DNA of 64,000 nt from Minisyncoccota bacterium. GTDB taxonomy: Bacteria > Patescibacteriota > Minisyncoccia > Phycocordibacterales > UBA9973. The notes beneath the pieces were generated by a model. That model was not told where the DNA came from. It did no database searches and was given only the letters and a program-made list of their open reading frames with translations. Both the position numbers and the translations under genes were made by a program. Shown in pieces: positions 28,146 to 37,992 of the stretch. The DNA is taken from positions 6,858-70,857 of the forward strand of contig JBAYKO010000003.1 in assembly GCA_041664605.1 (NCBI GenBank), given 5' to 3'. Position 1 is the stretch's first letter. Each line of letters opens with the position of its first letter.

Positions 28146-28180
28146 AAAAAACCATTCCGACCTAAGTCGGAGTGGTTTTT
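28146..28180 (+). terminator. terminator hairpin and member of the TCCGACC-core palindromic repeat family
   Basis: AAAAACCATTCCGACC-taa-GTCGGAGTGGTTTTT; 15-bp stem with one G-U pair, followed by a T-run. Confidence 0.6.
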
Positions 28181-28195
28181 ATTTTTATCCAAAAC

Positions 28196-28224
28196 TTGAC
28201 AAATTTGTTTAATTTTGATACAAT
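28196..28224 (+). promoter_or_regulatory. sigma70 promoter TTGACA-N17-TACAAT
   Basis: Consensus -35, good -10 and optimal spacer; 30 nt upstream of the 28254 gene. Confidence 0.55.
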
Positions 28225-28253
28225 ATTAACAGATAATTTTAAAATATTTTAAG

Positions 28254-28484
28254 ATGAAAATGATTAGATATTTTATTGTTTTTACGATCGATGATCAACA
28301 AAATGATCCGTATCATGATAATACTGAGATTGCATTCCAGGAAATTAAAAACATCAAAGATGTTAGAAACCTGGAAAAGGTTATTCTTGATAAGGCCATG
28401 GAAAAGGAAATTGATATCCACTATCAAATAAGGAAAGGAGATATCATAACGGTCCTTAGTTATAAAGACATGGATAACGAGTAA
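28254..28484 (+). CDS. hypothetical small protein (76 aa)
   Basis: ORF with its own strong promoter and terminator. Flanked by two related palindromic repeats. Confidence 0.4.
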   Translation: MKMIRYFIVFTIDDQQNDPYHDNTEIAFQEIKNIKDVRNLEKVILDKAMEKEIDIHYQIRKGDIITVLSYKDMDNE

Positions 28485-28499
28485 AGTAATGCGTCACAA

Positions 28500-28526
28500 A
28501 AAAACCGCCGAATTCTGGCGGTTTTT
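28500..28526 (+). terminator. terminator hairpin AAAACCGCC..GGCGGTTTTT
   Basis: 9-bp stem followed by a T-run. Confidence 0.55.
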
Positions 28527-28537
28527 ATTTTTATCCA

Positions 28538-28583
28538 ATATGACATTCCAACTCCGACCATAGTCGGAGTTGGAATGTCATAT
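28538..28583. repeat. perfect 21-bp-stem palindrome ATATGACATTCCAACTCCGAC-cata-GTCGGAGTTGGAATGTCATAT (TCCGACC-core family) abutting the uvrB stop
   Basis: Exact inverted repeat read directly from the sequence. Related to the 28146 hairpin. Confidence 0.7.
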
Positions 28584-30737
28584 TTATTTTTTATTTTTAT
28601 TTGAAAATTTATCTTTCAATATTAGAATTTCATCCCTTAATATCGCAGCTGTCTCAAAATCTAATTCTTTAACAACTTTATTCATTTCTTTTTCTTTCAT
28701 CTTGATTATTTTTTCATAAATTAAATCATTCCATTCAGCATCAGATAAAAGAGACTTGGTTTTAGTCTTTTCTTTTTTTAAAGTTTTTCTAAATAATTCT
28801 ATATCGAGCCCTAGTTCTGTTTTTATCGCTTTGTCATGTTTATCTTCTAGTTCTTCGGTAATATCGTGAATATTTTTAATAATAGTTTTTGGGGTAATTT
28901 TATGTTTTTTATTATAAGCAATTTGTATTTCTCTTCTTCTGTTTGTTTCTGAAATTGCTCGCTCCATTGATCCGGTAATATGATCAGCATACAGAATTAC
29001 TCTACCTAATACATTTCTGGCAGCACGGCCAATAGTCTGGATCAAAGAAACTTCAGATCTTAAAAATCCTTCTTTATCAGCATCTAAAATTCCAATAAAA
29101 GAAACTTCTGGTAAATCCAAGCCCTCCCTTAACAGGTTAACTCCAACCAAACAATCAAACTCCCCTCTTCTGAAACTAGTTAAGATTTTTATTCTATCTA
29201 TGGTTTTTACATCGCTGTGTAAATATTCTGATTTTATATTTTGTTCTTTAAGATAAATACTTAAATCTTCCGCCATTTTTTTGGTCAAAGTTGTTGCAAG
29301 CACTCTACCGCCATTTTTAATTTCTTTTAAGGTTTCCTTTATAAAATCTTGCACTTGTCCGGGGTATGGGCTCCTCAAGGTCTTACCTTTCCCGTCGCTT
29401 CGCTCCTCCTCAAGGAAAGACCTTTTCCCGCCCGCAGAAACTGGTCTTACTTCAAGTTCTGGATCAATAAGCCCAGTTGGTCTAATTATTTGCTCAACTA
29501 CTTGATCACTTTTTTCTCTTTCAAATAAAGAAGGGGTGGCTGTTGTATAAACAACCTGCCCAACCCTTTCTTCAAATTCAGAAAATTTTAAAGGGCGATT
29601 GTCTTTTGCTGATGGCAACCTAAAACCAAATTCTACTAATGTCTTTTTTCTTGAAGCATCACCTGCATACATCCCTTGAAGCTGGGGCAAAGTAACATGA
29701 GATTCATCTATAATAGTAAGAAAATCAGCTTCGCCATTTACTTTATGTGGAAAATATGAAAGCAAAGTTTCTGGTGGTTCTCCGGCTTTTTTGCCGGATA
29801 AATGTCTTGAGTAATTTTCAATTCCACTACAATATCCCATTTCTTTTATCATCGCCAAATCATAGTTGGTTCTTCTTTTTAATCTTTCAGCCTCAAGAAG
29901 TTTTCCTTCTTTTTCAAATTTTTTTAATTGTTCAGATAATTCTTTTTTAATTACCTTAACCGCCATGTCCCTCTCAGCTTTATTAGTCATAAAATGCTTT
30001 GCCGGAAACAAAGACACATTTTCTAAAGTTTCTAATATTTCAGATGTTACTGGGTCAATTTTAAAAATTTTATCTATTAAATTATTTTCAATTGAAATAC
30101 TTATTATATAGGTTTCGGAAATTGGCATTATTTCAATTTTATTTCCTATTACCCTAAACTGCCCTGAAGACAAGTCGGCATTTGTTCTTTCAAAATGTAG
30201 ATTAATTAAACGCTTCAAAAAATCATTTCTGGAAATTTTATCCCCTCTTTTAAATTGAATATTTTCTTCTTTATATTGTTCTGGAGATCCAAGACCATAA
30301 ATGCAAGAAACAGAAGCGACAATAATCACATCATTTCTTGAAAGAAGTGATTGAGTAGAAGCATGGCGAAGTCTATCTATTTCTTTATTTATTTGTGCAT
30401 CCTTTTCAATGTAAGTGTCTGTGATTGGTAAATATGCTTCTGGTTGATAATAATCATAATAAGATACAAAATAGTGCACGGCATTTTCTGGAAAAAATTG
30501 CTTATATTCTTGAGCAAGCTGAGCGGCTAGAGTTTTATTGTGAGCGATAACTAAAGTTGGTTTTTGTAGTTTTTCTATAACATTTGCCATGGTAAAAGTT
30601 TTTCCCGAACCCGTAACACCAAGAAGAGTTTGTTTTTTAAACCCTTTTTTAATTCCTTTATTTAAATCCTCTATTGCCTTCGGCTGGTCGCCCGCCGGAG
30701 AATATGGACTCTTTAATTTGAATTTATTTTGAGACAT
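28584..30737 (-). CDS. uvrB: excinuclease ABC subunit B
   Basis: LLGVTGSGKTFTMANVI, YFVSYYDYYQPEAY, helicase motifs and C-terminal UVR domain. Contains a ~25-aa in-frame insertion (SAGGKRSFLEEERSDGKGKTLRSPYPG) between conserved VRP and QV(Q/D)D. Confidence 0.95.
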   Translation of the reverse strand: MSQNKFKLKSPYSPAGDQPKAIEDLNKGIKKGFKKQTLLGVTGSGKTFTMANVIEKLQKPTLVIAHNKTLAAQLAQEYKQFFPENAVHYFVSYYDYYQPEAYLPITDTYIEKDAQINKEIDRLRHASTQSLLSRNDVIIVASVSCIYGLGSPEQYKEENIQFKRGDKISRNDFLKRLINLHFERTNADLSSGQFRVIGNKIEIMPISETYIISISIENNLIDKIFKIDPVTSEILETLENVSLFPAKHFMTNKAERDMAVKVIKKELSEQLKKFEKEGKLLEAERLKRRTNYDLAMIKEMGYCSGIENYSRHLSGKKAGEPPETLLSYFPHKVNGEADFLTIIDESHVTLPQLQGMYAGDASRKKTLVEFGFRLPSAKDNRPLKFSEFEERVGQVVYTTATPSLFEREKSDQVVEQIIRPTGLIDPELEVRPVSAGGKRSFLEEERSDGKGKTLRSPYPGQVQDFIKETLKEIKNGGRVLATTLTKKMAEDLSIYLKEQNIKSEYLHSDVKTIDRIKILTSFRRGEFDCLVGVNLLREGLDLPEVSFIGILDADKEGFLRSEVSLIQTIGRAARNVLGRVILYADHITGSMERAISETNRRREIQIAYNKKHKITPKTIIKNIHDITEELEDKHDKAIKTELGLDIELFRKTLKKEKTKTKSLLSDAEWNDLIYEKIIKMKEKEMNKVVKELDFETAAILRDEILILKDKFSNKNKK

Positions 30738-30739
30738 AA

Positions 30740-30859
30740 TTAGAAAATTATATTACCACTTCTCGCCCCGTAGTCAAAAATTTGTGTGTTTAGACAAATT
30801 TTTGTACTTCTGGGGTCGCCCGCTGGAGAATAAGGACTCTTTAATTCAAACTTATTCAT
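30740..30859 (-). other. 39-codon upstream ORF duplicating the first ~15 codons of uvrB, interrupted by a palindromic element
   Basis: MNKFELKSPYSPAGDP.. versus uvrB MSQNKFKLKSPYSPAGDQP; about 85% nucleotide identity over ~45 nt. The stop lies 2 nt before the uvrB ATG. Confidence 0.4.
30763..30828. repeat. palindromic element of the CCCCGTAGT-core family (CGCCCCGTAGTCAAAAATTTGT..ACAAATTTTTGTACTTCTGGGGTCG)
   Basis: The arms are imperfect reverse complements. Related to the outer arms of the 35086-35169 element. Confidence 0.45.
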
Positions 30860-30917
30860 CAAATTAAATATTATAGGTAAATCAATAAAAAGAAAAGGGA
30901 GCCATAGCTCCCTTTTT

Positions 30918-31400
30918 CTAATTGTTCGTAATTTCTTTTATTACGTTTTTTTCTATTTTTCTTGCCATTTTCCGATAGGAAACTTTTCCTCCTGATTGAT
31001 TAATGGAATAAATTTCCCCTGGTTCAAAAACTCCCTCAAATAATTCAGGTATTTTTTTATCTTCCGGAATTTTATCTTGGTTGTTGATCAAGACTGGTTT
31101 CATTATGGAACAATTTTCCTTTGGGTCACAAGATAAACAAAAAAATGATTTAAAAGTATCACCTTCGTGAAAAGCACGGGGTCTTGAATACTTCCTTGAG
31201 TCGAATTTTTTCTTAGCTTTTTTATAGCCTATATAATAGGCAAATACACAAAAAATAATTGCAAATACTAGCCATGAAAGGTCAGGTGGCTCATGTTTTC
31301 CTCCATTAAAAGAGGAAATTCTCATAAATACATTTATCATATTGTTAAAGTTTACAGAACAAATCTGCAGTAATAATACTACAGTTTTAAAAATAAGCAA
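30918..31400 (-). CDS. hypothetical membrane protein (160 aa)
   Basis: One TM helix (WLVFAIIFCVFAYYIGY) and a Cys-rich C-terminus. Confidence 0.45.
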   Translation of the reverse strand: MLIFKTVVLLLQICSVNFNNMINVFMRISSFNGGKHEPPDLSWLVFAIIFCVFAYYIGYKKAKKKFDSRKYSRPRAFHEGDTFKSFFCLSCDPKENCSIMKPVLINNQDKIPEDKKIPELFEGVFEPGEIYSINQSGGKVSYRKMARKIEKNVIKEITNN

Positions 31401-31415
31401 TTAGGATATATATTT

Positions 31416-32657
<1,242 letters not shown>

Positions 32658-32665
32658 CTATAGTT

Positions 32666-33184
32666 TTATGTATTAGAAATTATTTTATCGACAATGGAAT
32701 CAATCAAGTCATTTGAGTTTATCACAATAGCTTTTTTATTAATTAAATCGTTTTCAAATTTTTTTCTAAAGCTTTTAATATATTCTTTTTCTGAATTATT
32801 TTTACCAAAATCATTATCCTTTCTATTATCAATTCTTCTAAAAAGTTCAGCTTCATCACATTGAAGTAAGAAGATTTTATCAAAAAGATTTAAAAATTCA
32901 TTTTGATTTTCTGCTATACCAACAACAAAAAAATTATTCTTGTCATCAGAATTTATTAGAAATTTTAATTTTTCTATATCACAATACCAACCATTTGTAT
33001 TTAGAAAGTCTAATCCTGTTCCATATCCTGAAAAAGAATCTTTTCTGGTTTTTTTATTCTTCCAATGACATAACTTAATATTCTCATCATCCAGGTCTAT
33101 AACATTTAGTCCCTTTTGTTTTAGTTTGAGTGAAATTGCAGTCTTTCCTGTCCCAGATATACCTGTTATATAAAATTTTTTCAT
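32666..33184 (-). CDS. P-loop nucleoside/nucleotide kinase-like protein (172 aa)
   Basis: Walker A GISGTGKT at the N-terminus; small size. Confidence 0.5.
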   Translation of the reverse strand: MKKFYITGISGTGKTAISLKLKQKGLNVIDLDDENIKLCHWKNKKTRKDSFSGYGTGLDFLNTNGWYCDIEKLKFLINSDDKNNFFVVGIAENQNEFLNLFDKIFLLQCDEAELFRRIDNRKDNDFGKNNSEKEYIKSFRKKFENDLINKKAIVINSNDLIDSIVDKIISNT

Positions 33185-33188
33185 AAAC

Positions 33189-33974
33189 TTATTTTAAAAC
33201 TTCTACAAATTTTAGCTCTTGAATATTTACAGGACTCTTTAATAGAATCTTTTGCGATGGGTCACGAGGATCAGAAATAACTTCTTCAACAGTGCCTATA
33301 ATATATAACGAAAGTGAAGGAGCAACAACTTCAGTCCCTTTTTCAAGTTGGATTTCGTGTAAAATATCGATTTCAAAATTTCCACCACCGAGCCCTATAG
33401 CATCAACATATAAATCTTTTCCTTTTACTAAAACTGGAATTTTTTCTCCTGGAGAGGAATACATTTTTACAACTGAAGAATTTTTGTAAACTTCGGAAAT
33501 CTCTCCTATTAAAACATTGCCATAAGCAAACACTCTTTCCCCTTTTAAAATTCCAGAACTTTCCCCTATGTCGATTACAAAAGTGTCATATAAAGATTTA
33601 TTTGGTTTTGTAAGAATTACCCCTAAAACTAAATTTGAACTTACTTTTCTATTTAAAATTTCTTTGAGTTTATCATTTTCTTCAGCTAAAATATTCCTAT
33701 CAAAAATTTTTATATTCCCTTCCTCTATTTGCTGTTTTAATGATTCGTTCTCTTTTAATAAACTTTTTTTTGAATCAAAAATAACTGACAGATGAGAAAT
33801 ATAATTCCTTAAAGAATTTCCACCAATCCATATTGGTCTTGTGAAGCTATGTGAAAAAAAAGAAAAACCACTTAAGGCACTAGAAAAAACTATTATTAAA
33901 AATAAAACCACGGCTATAACAAGGCCAATAATAGTTTTTTTATTTTTTATTCTTTTATCTTGGAGGTAGCTCAT
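33189..33974 (-). CDS. mreC: rod shape-determining protein MreC (putative)
   Basis: N-terminal TM, coiled coil and beta-rich C-domain. Overlaps and follows mreB. Confidence 0.65.
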   Translation of the reverse strand: MSYLQDKRIKNKKTIIGLVIAVVLFLIIVFSSALSGFSFFSHSFTRPIWIGGNSLRNYISHLSVIFDSKKSLLKENESLKQQIEEGNIKIFDRNILAEENDKLKEILNRKVSSNLVLGVILTKPNKSLYDTFVIDIGESSGILKGERVFAYGNVLIGEISEVYKNSSVVKMYSSPGEKIPVLVKGKDLYVDAIGLGGGNFEIDILHEIQLEKGTEVVAPSLSLYIIGTVEEVISDPRDPSQKILLKSPVNIQELKFVEVLK

Positions 33975-35001
33975 CTTGAAGGTTTACTAATAAATCTTTT
34001 AAATTTTCAAAGTCTTCAAGTATAACGCCCGTACCACGAGCAACAGCAGACAATGGATCATCTGCAACATAAACTGGGATTTTCAAAATATTCTGAAGGT
34101 AAATATCTAAGCCTTTGATTAGTGCCCCACCGCCCGTTAGAACAATTCCTCTGTGCATAATATCAGACAGTACTTCAGGTGGAGTGGTCTCTAGTACTTC
34201 TTTTATCCCGTCTACAAAATTTAACATCGATTGCCCTATTGCTTCCCTAACATCAGCGTCGGTAACAATAACACTTCTTGGAAGCCCTGTGACTAAATCT
34301 CTCCCCCTGATTTCTGCTTCCATAATAGTCCCGGGTATAACAGACCCGATTGCAATTTTTACATTCTCGGCTGTTTTTTCTCCTATTAAAAGTTTAAATT
34401 CATCACGCATATACGAAGAGATATCAGTATTTAATTTATCCCCTGCAATTTTTAAATTTTTCGATTTAACAATACCCCCGAGTGAAATAACCGCGATGTC
34501 AGTAGTTCCACCTCCTATATCAATAATCATTGAACCAATGGGGTCTTTAACTGGAAGTTTAATTCCAATCGCCGCTGCCATTGGTTCTTCAACAATATGA
34601 ACTTCTCTGGCCCCTGCATTTTTTGCCGCATCATAAACTGCTCTAATTTCAACATTCGTAATTCCAGATGGAACTCCGACAATCACTCTTGGTCGAAACA
34701 TTTTTTTAGACATCTTTTCGGTTTTATTTATCAAATAACTTAACATTTCTTCCGTAACTTCAAAATCAGAAATCACTCCGTCTACAAGTGGACGAATGGC
34801 TTTGATATGACCAGGAGTTCTACCAATCATTTGTTTTGCTTCCATTCCTACGGCGACAATCTGACCAGTCTTTTGGTTGATAGCAACAACAGATGGTTCG
34901 TTTATAACCACCCCTTGACCACCAAGATAAACAAGGGTACTTGCAGTACCTAAATCTATTCCTATATCGTTTGAAAATGATTTGTAGAATTTTTTGAACA
35001 T
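33955..35001 (-). CDS. mreB: rod shape-determining protein MreB (actin homolog)
   Basis: GIDLGTASTLVY..VINEPSVVAI and DIGGGTTDIAVISLGG actin-fold motifs. Confidence 0.9.
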   Translation of the reverse strand: MFKKFYKSFSNDIGIDLGTASTLVYLGGQGVVINEPSVVAINQKTGQIVAVGMEAKQMIGRTPGHIKAIRPLVDGVISDFEVTEEMLSYLINKTEKMSKKMFRPRVIVGVPSGITNVEIRAVYDAAKNAGAREVHIVEEPMAAAIGIKLPVKDPIGSMIIDIGGGTTDIAVISLGGIVKSKNLKIAGDKLNTDISSYMRDEFKLLIGEKTAENVKIAIGSVIPGTIMEAEIRGRDLVTGLPRSVIVTDADVREAIGQSMLNFVDGIKEVLETTPPEVLSDIMHRGIVLTGGGALIKGLDIYLQNILKIPVYVADDPLSAVARGTGVILEDFENLKDLLVNLQDELPPR

Positions 35002-35085
35002 GTAAAAACGCTAGCTATTAACAGCTTTATATTACTCTAATTTTGGGTCATGGTCAAAGATGGAAAATTGAGAATTTTTAAGCTC

Positions 35086-35169
35086 TTGACCCCGTAGTGA
35101 ATTTTGGTGATACTCCAACCAAGGTCGGAGTGCATTAGTGTGCATTACCAAAATCTACTACGGGGTTGA
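35086..35169. repeat. ~84-bp composite palindromic element (CCCCGTAGT outer arms, TCCAACCaaGGTCGGAGT centre)
   Basis: TTGACCCCGTAGTGAATTTTGGTGATACTCCAACC aa GGTCGGAGTGCATTAGTGTGCATTACCAAAATCTACTACGGGGTTGAC; the arms are imperfect reverse complements. Confidence 0.5.
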
Positions 35170-35229
35170 CAAATATTTGACATTATACTAACATACGGTT
35201 CAGAAATAGTAACTTTAAAAATTGGTTTT

Positions 35230-35988
35230 ATGGAAAATAAAAATGAAGATTCTTTTGAAACTCTTCAGAGAGCAATCGCTAATGACAGCAAAGAATACAT
35301 AGAAAAAATTAAATCCCAAATAAGGACAAACCGGGTTATCCGGTGGATCATCTTTATTATTGTATCTGGGATAGTTTTTTTTATATTCCTGCATACATGT
35401 TTCCCTATTGAGAATTCCAGTGATTTAACATTTGATAAAAATGTAACTAATTTAGTGGAATCTATTTTTTTATCTCTACTCATAGGCATTTTTTCCCTGA
35501 TCCTCACATTTAAATTGAGCAGTAATGTTTTCAAAACACATTCAAAATTAAAGGAGTGTGGACAGAAAAGTATGGCTGATGTGATAATCAATGCACTATA
35601 TCTATTCTGTCTTAATAAGATGAGGAACAAAGAAGAAGACATGGCTTATAAAATTGCCTCAATAATAAGGCAAAAAGTAAATGAGTACGTCAAACCTAAA
35701 TTCCTTATAAAGTTTAATAAAGAAAGCAAATTCGATTTATTCCTAGATTTTGATTGGAAAAGTTATAGTCAACCGTTTGAATTACGACTCCCTGATAGTA
35801 GTGAGAAATTTCTAATAAAAAGAATTTATTTTTATTCTGAAGAGAAGTACCTTACTCATTTTGGGTTTTACCCAATCAAGATAGAATTCTTTAAGAATGA
35901 AGGAGTTCAACATGGAATTCCCTTGAATCCAAAAGCTTTCGAAAAAGAATCTGAGATCATTCCTGTCTACCCAGATAAGATGATTTAA
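35230..35988 (+). CDS. hypothetical membrane protein (252 aa)
   Basis: N-terminal cytosolic segment followed by 2 TM helices. Confidence 0.45.
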   Translation: MENKNEDSFETLQRAIANDSKEYIEKIKSQIRTNRVIRWIIFIIVSGIVFFIFLHTCFPIENSSDLTFDKNVTNLVESIFLSLLIGIFSLILTFKLSSNVFKTHSKLKECGQKSMADVIINALYLFCLNKMRNKEEDMAYKIASIIRQKVNEYVKPKFLIKFNKESKFDLFLDFDWKSYSQPFELRLPDSSEKFLIKRIYFYSEEKYLTHFGFYPIKIEFFKNEGVQHGIPLNPKAFEKESEIIPVYPDKMI

Positions 35989-36011
35989 TGATTCAGTTGA
36001 TCTTTAATTTA

Positions 36012-36036
36012 AAAAACCGGCACACGCCGGTTTTTT
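36012..36036 (+). terminator. terminator AAAAACCGGC-acac-GCCGGTTTTTT
   Basis: Hairpin followed by a T-run. Confidence 0.6.
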
Positions 36037-36040
36037 GTTT

Positions 36041-36087
36041 ATCCCCCTCACTATTTTAAAAGACTTTTTAAAATAGTGAGGGGGATT
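36041..36087. repeat. 18-bp-stem hairpin ATCCCCCTCACTATTTTA..TAAAATAGTGAGGGGGAT abutting the downstream -35
   Basis: Exact long inverted repeat. Its 3' arm ends at the TTGACA of the next promoter. Confidence 0.55.
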
Positions 36088-36115
36088 GACAGACAGTTTT
36101 AGATTTGTTATACTC
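36087..36115 (+). promoter_or_regulatory. sigma70 promoter TTGACA-N17-TATACT
   Basis: Lies 15 nt upstream of the 36130 gene start. Confidence 0.55.
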
Positions 36116-36129
36116 TTTCCAGATAAAAA

Positions 36130-36516
36130 TTGTTTTTAAAATTAACTAAATCTGAAATTATGATAACAGCAGTTGAAGAGGCTTTTATGAAAAGCCTTAT
36201 TATGAAAAATTATCGTCGGAGAATGATGAGTTTTTATTTTTTTCTCATTATCATTGTTGTTTCTTTTTTAATGATCGTTATTTTTTGGCCTGAATCAAAA
36301 ATGACTATAACAGCGACAAGTTGGATCTTTATTTGCTCTGTTGTAACGTTCGTCTTGTCATCAATAATTTTTATTGCTGTATATTTTGACGAGGATGAAA
36401 ATTGCCCATGGATTATAGAAAATAAACAAATTACTACCCTTAGGGGAGTTATTGGAGAAAAGGGTAAATTTGAAGATCTAAAAGATTCTGAAAATTTGAA
36501 AGAATATTTTGTTTAG
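36130..36516 (+). CDS. small membrane protein (128 aa), paralog of the 27751-28122 gene
   Basis: Shared N-terminal basic motif, 2 TM helices and C-terminal FEDLK..ENLKEYF. Confidence 0.5.
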   Translation: MFLKLTKSEIMITAVEEAFMKSLIMKNYRRRMMSFYFFLIIIVVSFLMIVIFWPESKMTITATSWIFICSVVTFVLSSIIFIAVYFDEDENCPWIIENKQITTLRGVIGEKGKFEDLKDSENLKEYFV

Positions 36517-36532
36517 GTCAGTTTATGATTTT

Positions 36533-36567
36533 AAAGAGCGTTTCGGTCACCGACCGAAACGCTCTTT
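36533..36567. terminator. bidirectional terminator AAAGAGCGTTTCGGTC..GACCGAAACGCTCTTT
   Basis: ~16-bp stem between the convergent 36130 gene and proS. Confidence 0.65.
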
Positions 36568-36614
36568 CTTTTTATTTCTCATTATTTAAAAATTTTTTAC
36601 AAGGAACGACCTTT

Positions 36615-37883
36615 TTAAAGATTTAAGGTCGCACCTTTCAAAAAATTTAATAGCTCATCAACAGAAACTATTTTTGATTTTTCTTCATTTCTCTTTTTTA
36701 TTTCCACTCCTCCTGATTCAAGACTTTTTTTACTTATTATTATTCTATATGGTATTCCTATCAAATCTGCATCAGCAAATTTTTCACCCGCACTCAATTC
36801 TTTTCTATCATCATACAAAACTTCTATATTTTTTTCTTGTAAATTAGCGTAAATCTTTTCAGCTTCTTCTTTAATTTTCTCGTCTTCCCCTAAAGAAAGC
36901 AGATGAATCTTAAACGGAGCAACTGATTCTGGCCAAATAATTCCTTTGTCGTCTGACAAAGTTTCCACAATTGTTCCCATTAATCTTCCAAGTCCAATTC
37001 CATAACTACCCATAACCACTAATTTTTCTTCTCCATTTTCATCTTTATATTTCAAATCAAAAGGAGCTGAAAATTTCGTTCCAAGTGAGAAAATATTTCC
37101 AACTTCTATGGCTCTTTTTTCAATTAAAGATTCCTTGTTTAATCCGAGTTCTTTAATTGTTTCGTCATTATAAACTTCTTTATTTATAGCAATTCCTTTT
37201 TTCTCATCTAAATAAATACTATCTTCGCCCACATCTGATAGAGTCTGAAATTCATGAGAAAATTTAGAAAAACTTCCTCCCGAAGCAAAAGTTATATAAG
37301 TTAACCCACCAATACCCGTTCTTTTAAAAATATTTTTATAAGCAATTTTTGATTTTTCATAAAAATCATTATGTTCTTCTTCATCTTTTGAAAAAGAATA
37401 AAGTGCTTTCCAATAAAATTCTCTGCCTCTTAGAATTCCAGACTTGGTTCTTGTTTCATTTCTAAATATCTCTTTAAAATCATAAGGATAAACTGGTAAA
37501 TCTTTATACGAGCTTATGTACTGTTTTAATATATTTGAATAAGCTTCTTCGTTTGTAAAAGATAGGCCAACTTCGCCACCGTTTTTTAATTTTGTTTTAA
37601 ACCAAGTATCTACAACTTCATCATCCCACCTATTTGATTTTTCCCATATTTCTTTGTTTTGAAGAACAGTGGTCTTCATTTCAGTTCCTCCAATTTTATT
37701 CATCTCCTCACGGATAATATTTTCAATTTTTTTTATAACCATCAAACCCATAGGCAAAAAGGAGTAAACCCCCGCCATTTCTTTGTGAATAAAACCACCT
37801 CTAATCAAAAGTTCTGCATTTTTAGAAACCTCGTCTGCTGGGCTTTCTTTTTTGGTTTTAGTAAAAAGTTGTGATTGTTTCAT
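36615..37883 (-). CDS. proS: prolyl-tRNA synthetase (short form without editing domain)
   Basis: Class II aaRS; N-terminus SKNAELLIRGGFIHKEMAGVYSFLPMG; C-terminal anticodon-binding and Zn-like domain. Confidence 0.8.
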   Translation of the reverse strand: MKQSQLFTKTKKESPADEVSKNAELLIRGGFIHKEMAGVYSFLPMGLMVIKKIENIIREEMNKIGGTEMKTTVLQNKEIWEKSNRWDDEVVDTWFKTKLKNGGEVGLSFTNEEAYSNILKQYISSYKDLPVYPYDFKEIFRNETRTKSGILRGREFYWKALYSFSKDEEEHNDFYEKSKIAYKNIFKRTGIGGLTYITFASGGSFSKFSHEFQTLSDVGEDSIYLDEKKGIAINKEVYNDETIKELGLNKESLIEKRAIEVGNIFSLGTKFSAPFDLKYKDENGEEKLVVMGSYGIGLGRLMGTIVETLSDDKGIIWPESVAPFKIHLLSLGEDEKIKEEAEKIYANLQEKNIEVLYDDRKELSAGEKFADADLIGIPYRIIISKKSLESGGVEIKKRNEEKSKIVSVDELLNFLKGATLNL

Positions 37884-37992
37884 TAAGTTTATCTTACATT
37901 AAAAAGGTTTTTTGGTCAAAAATTAAGGAATTTAATATACAACGAAAATAGGCCTTAATTATTTGCAAAAATAGCCCTTTTTTGGTAGAATT

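Noticed and set aside
34115-34600. 161-aa plus-strand ORF
   Set aside because: Antisense within mreB, with an S/P/I-rich translation.
35160-35195. TTGACA and TATACT hexamers upstream of the 35230 gene
   Set aside because: The spacing is only ~12 nt, so they are not a functional pair as they stand. The real promoter probably uses other hexamers. Left unannotated.
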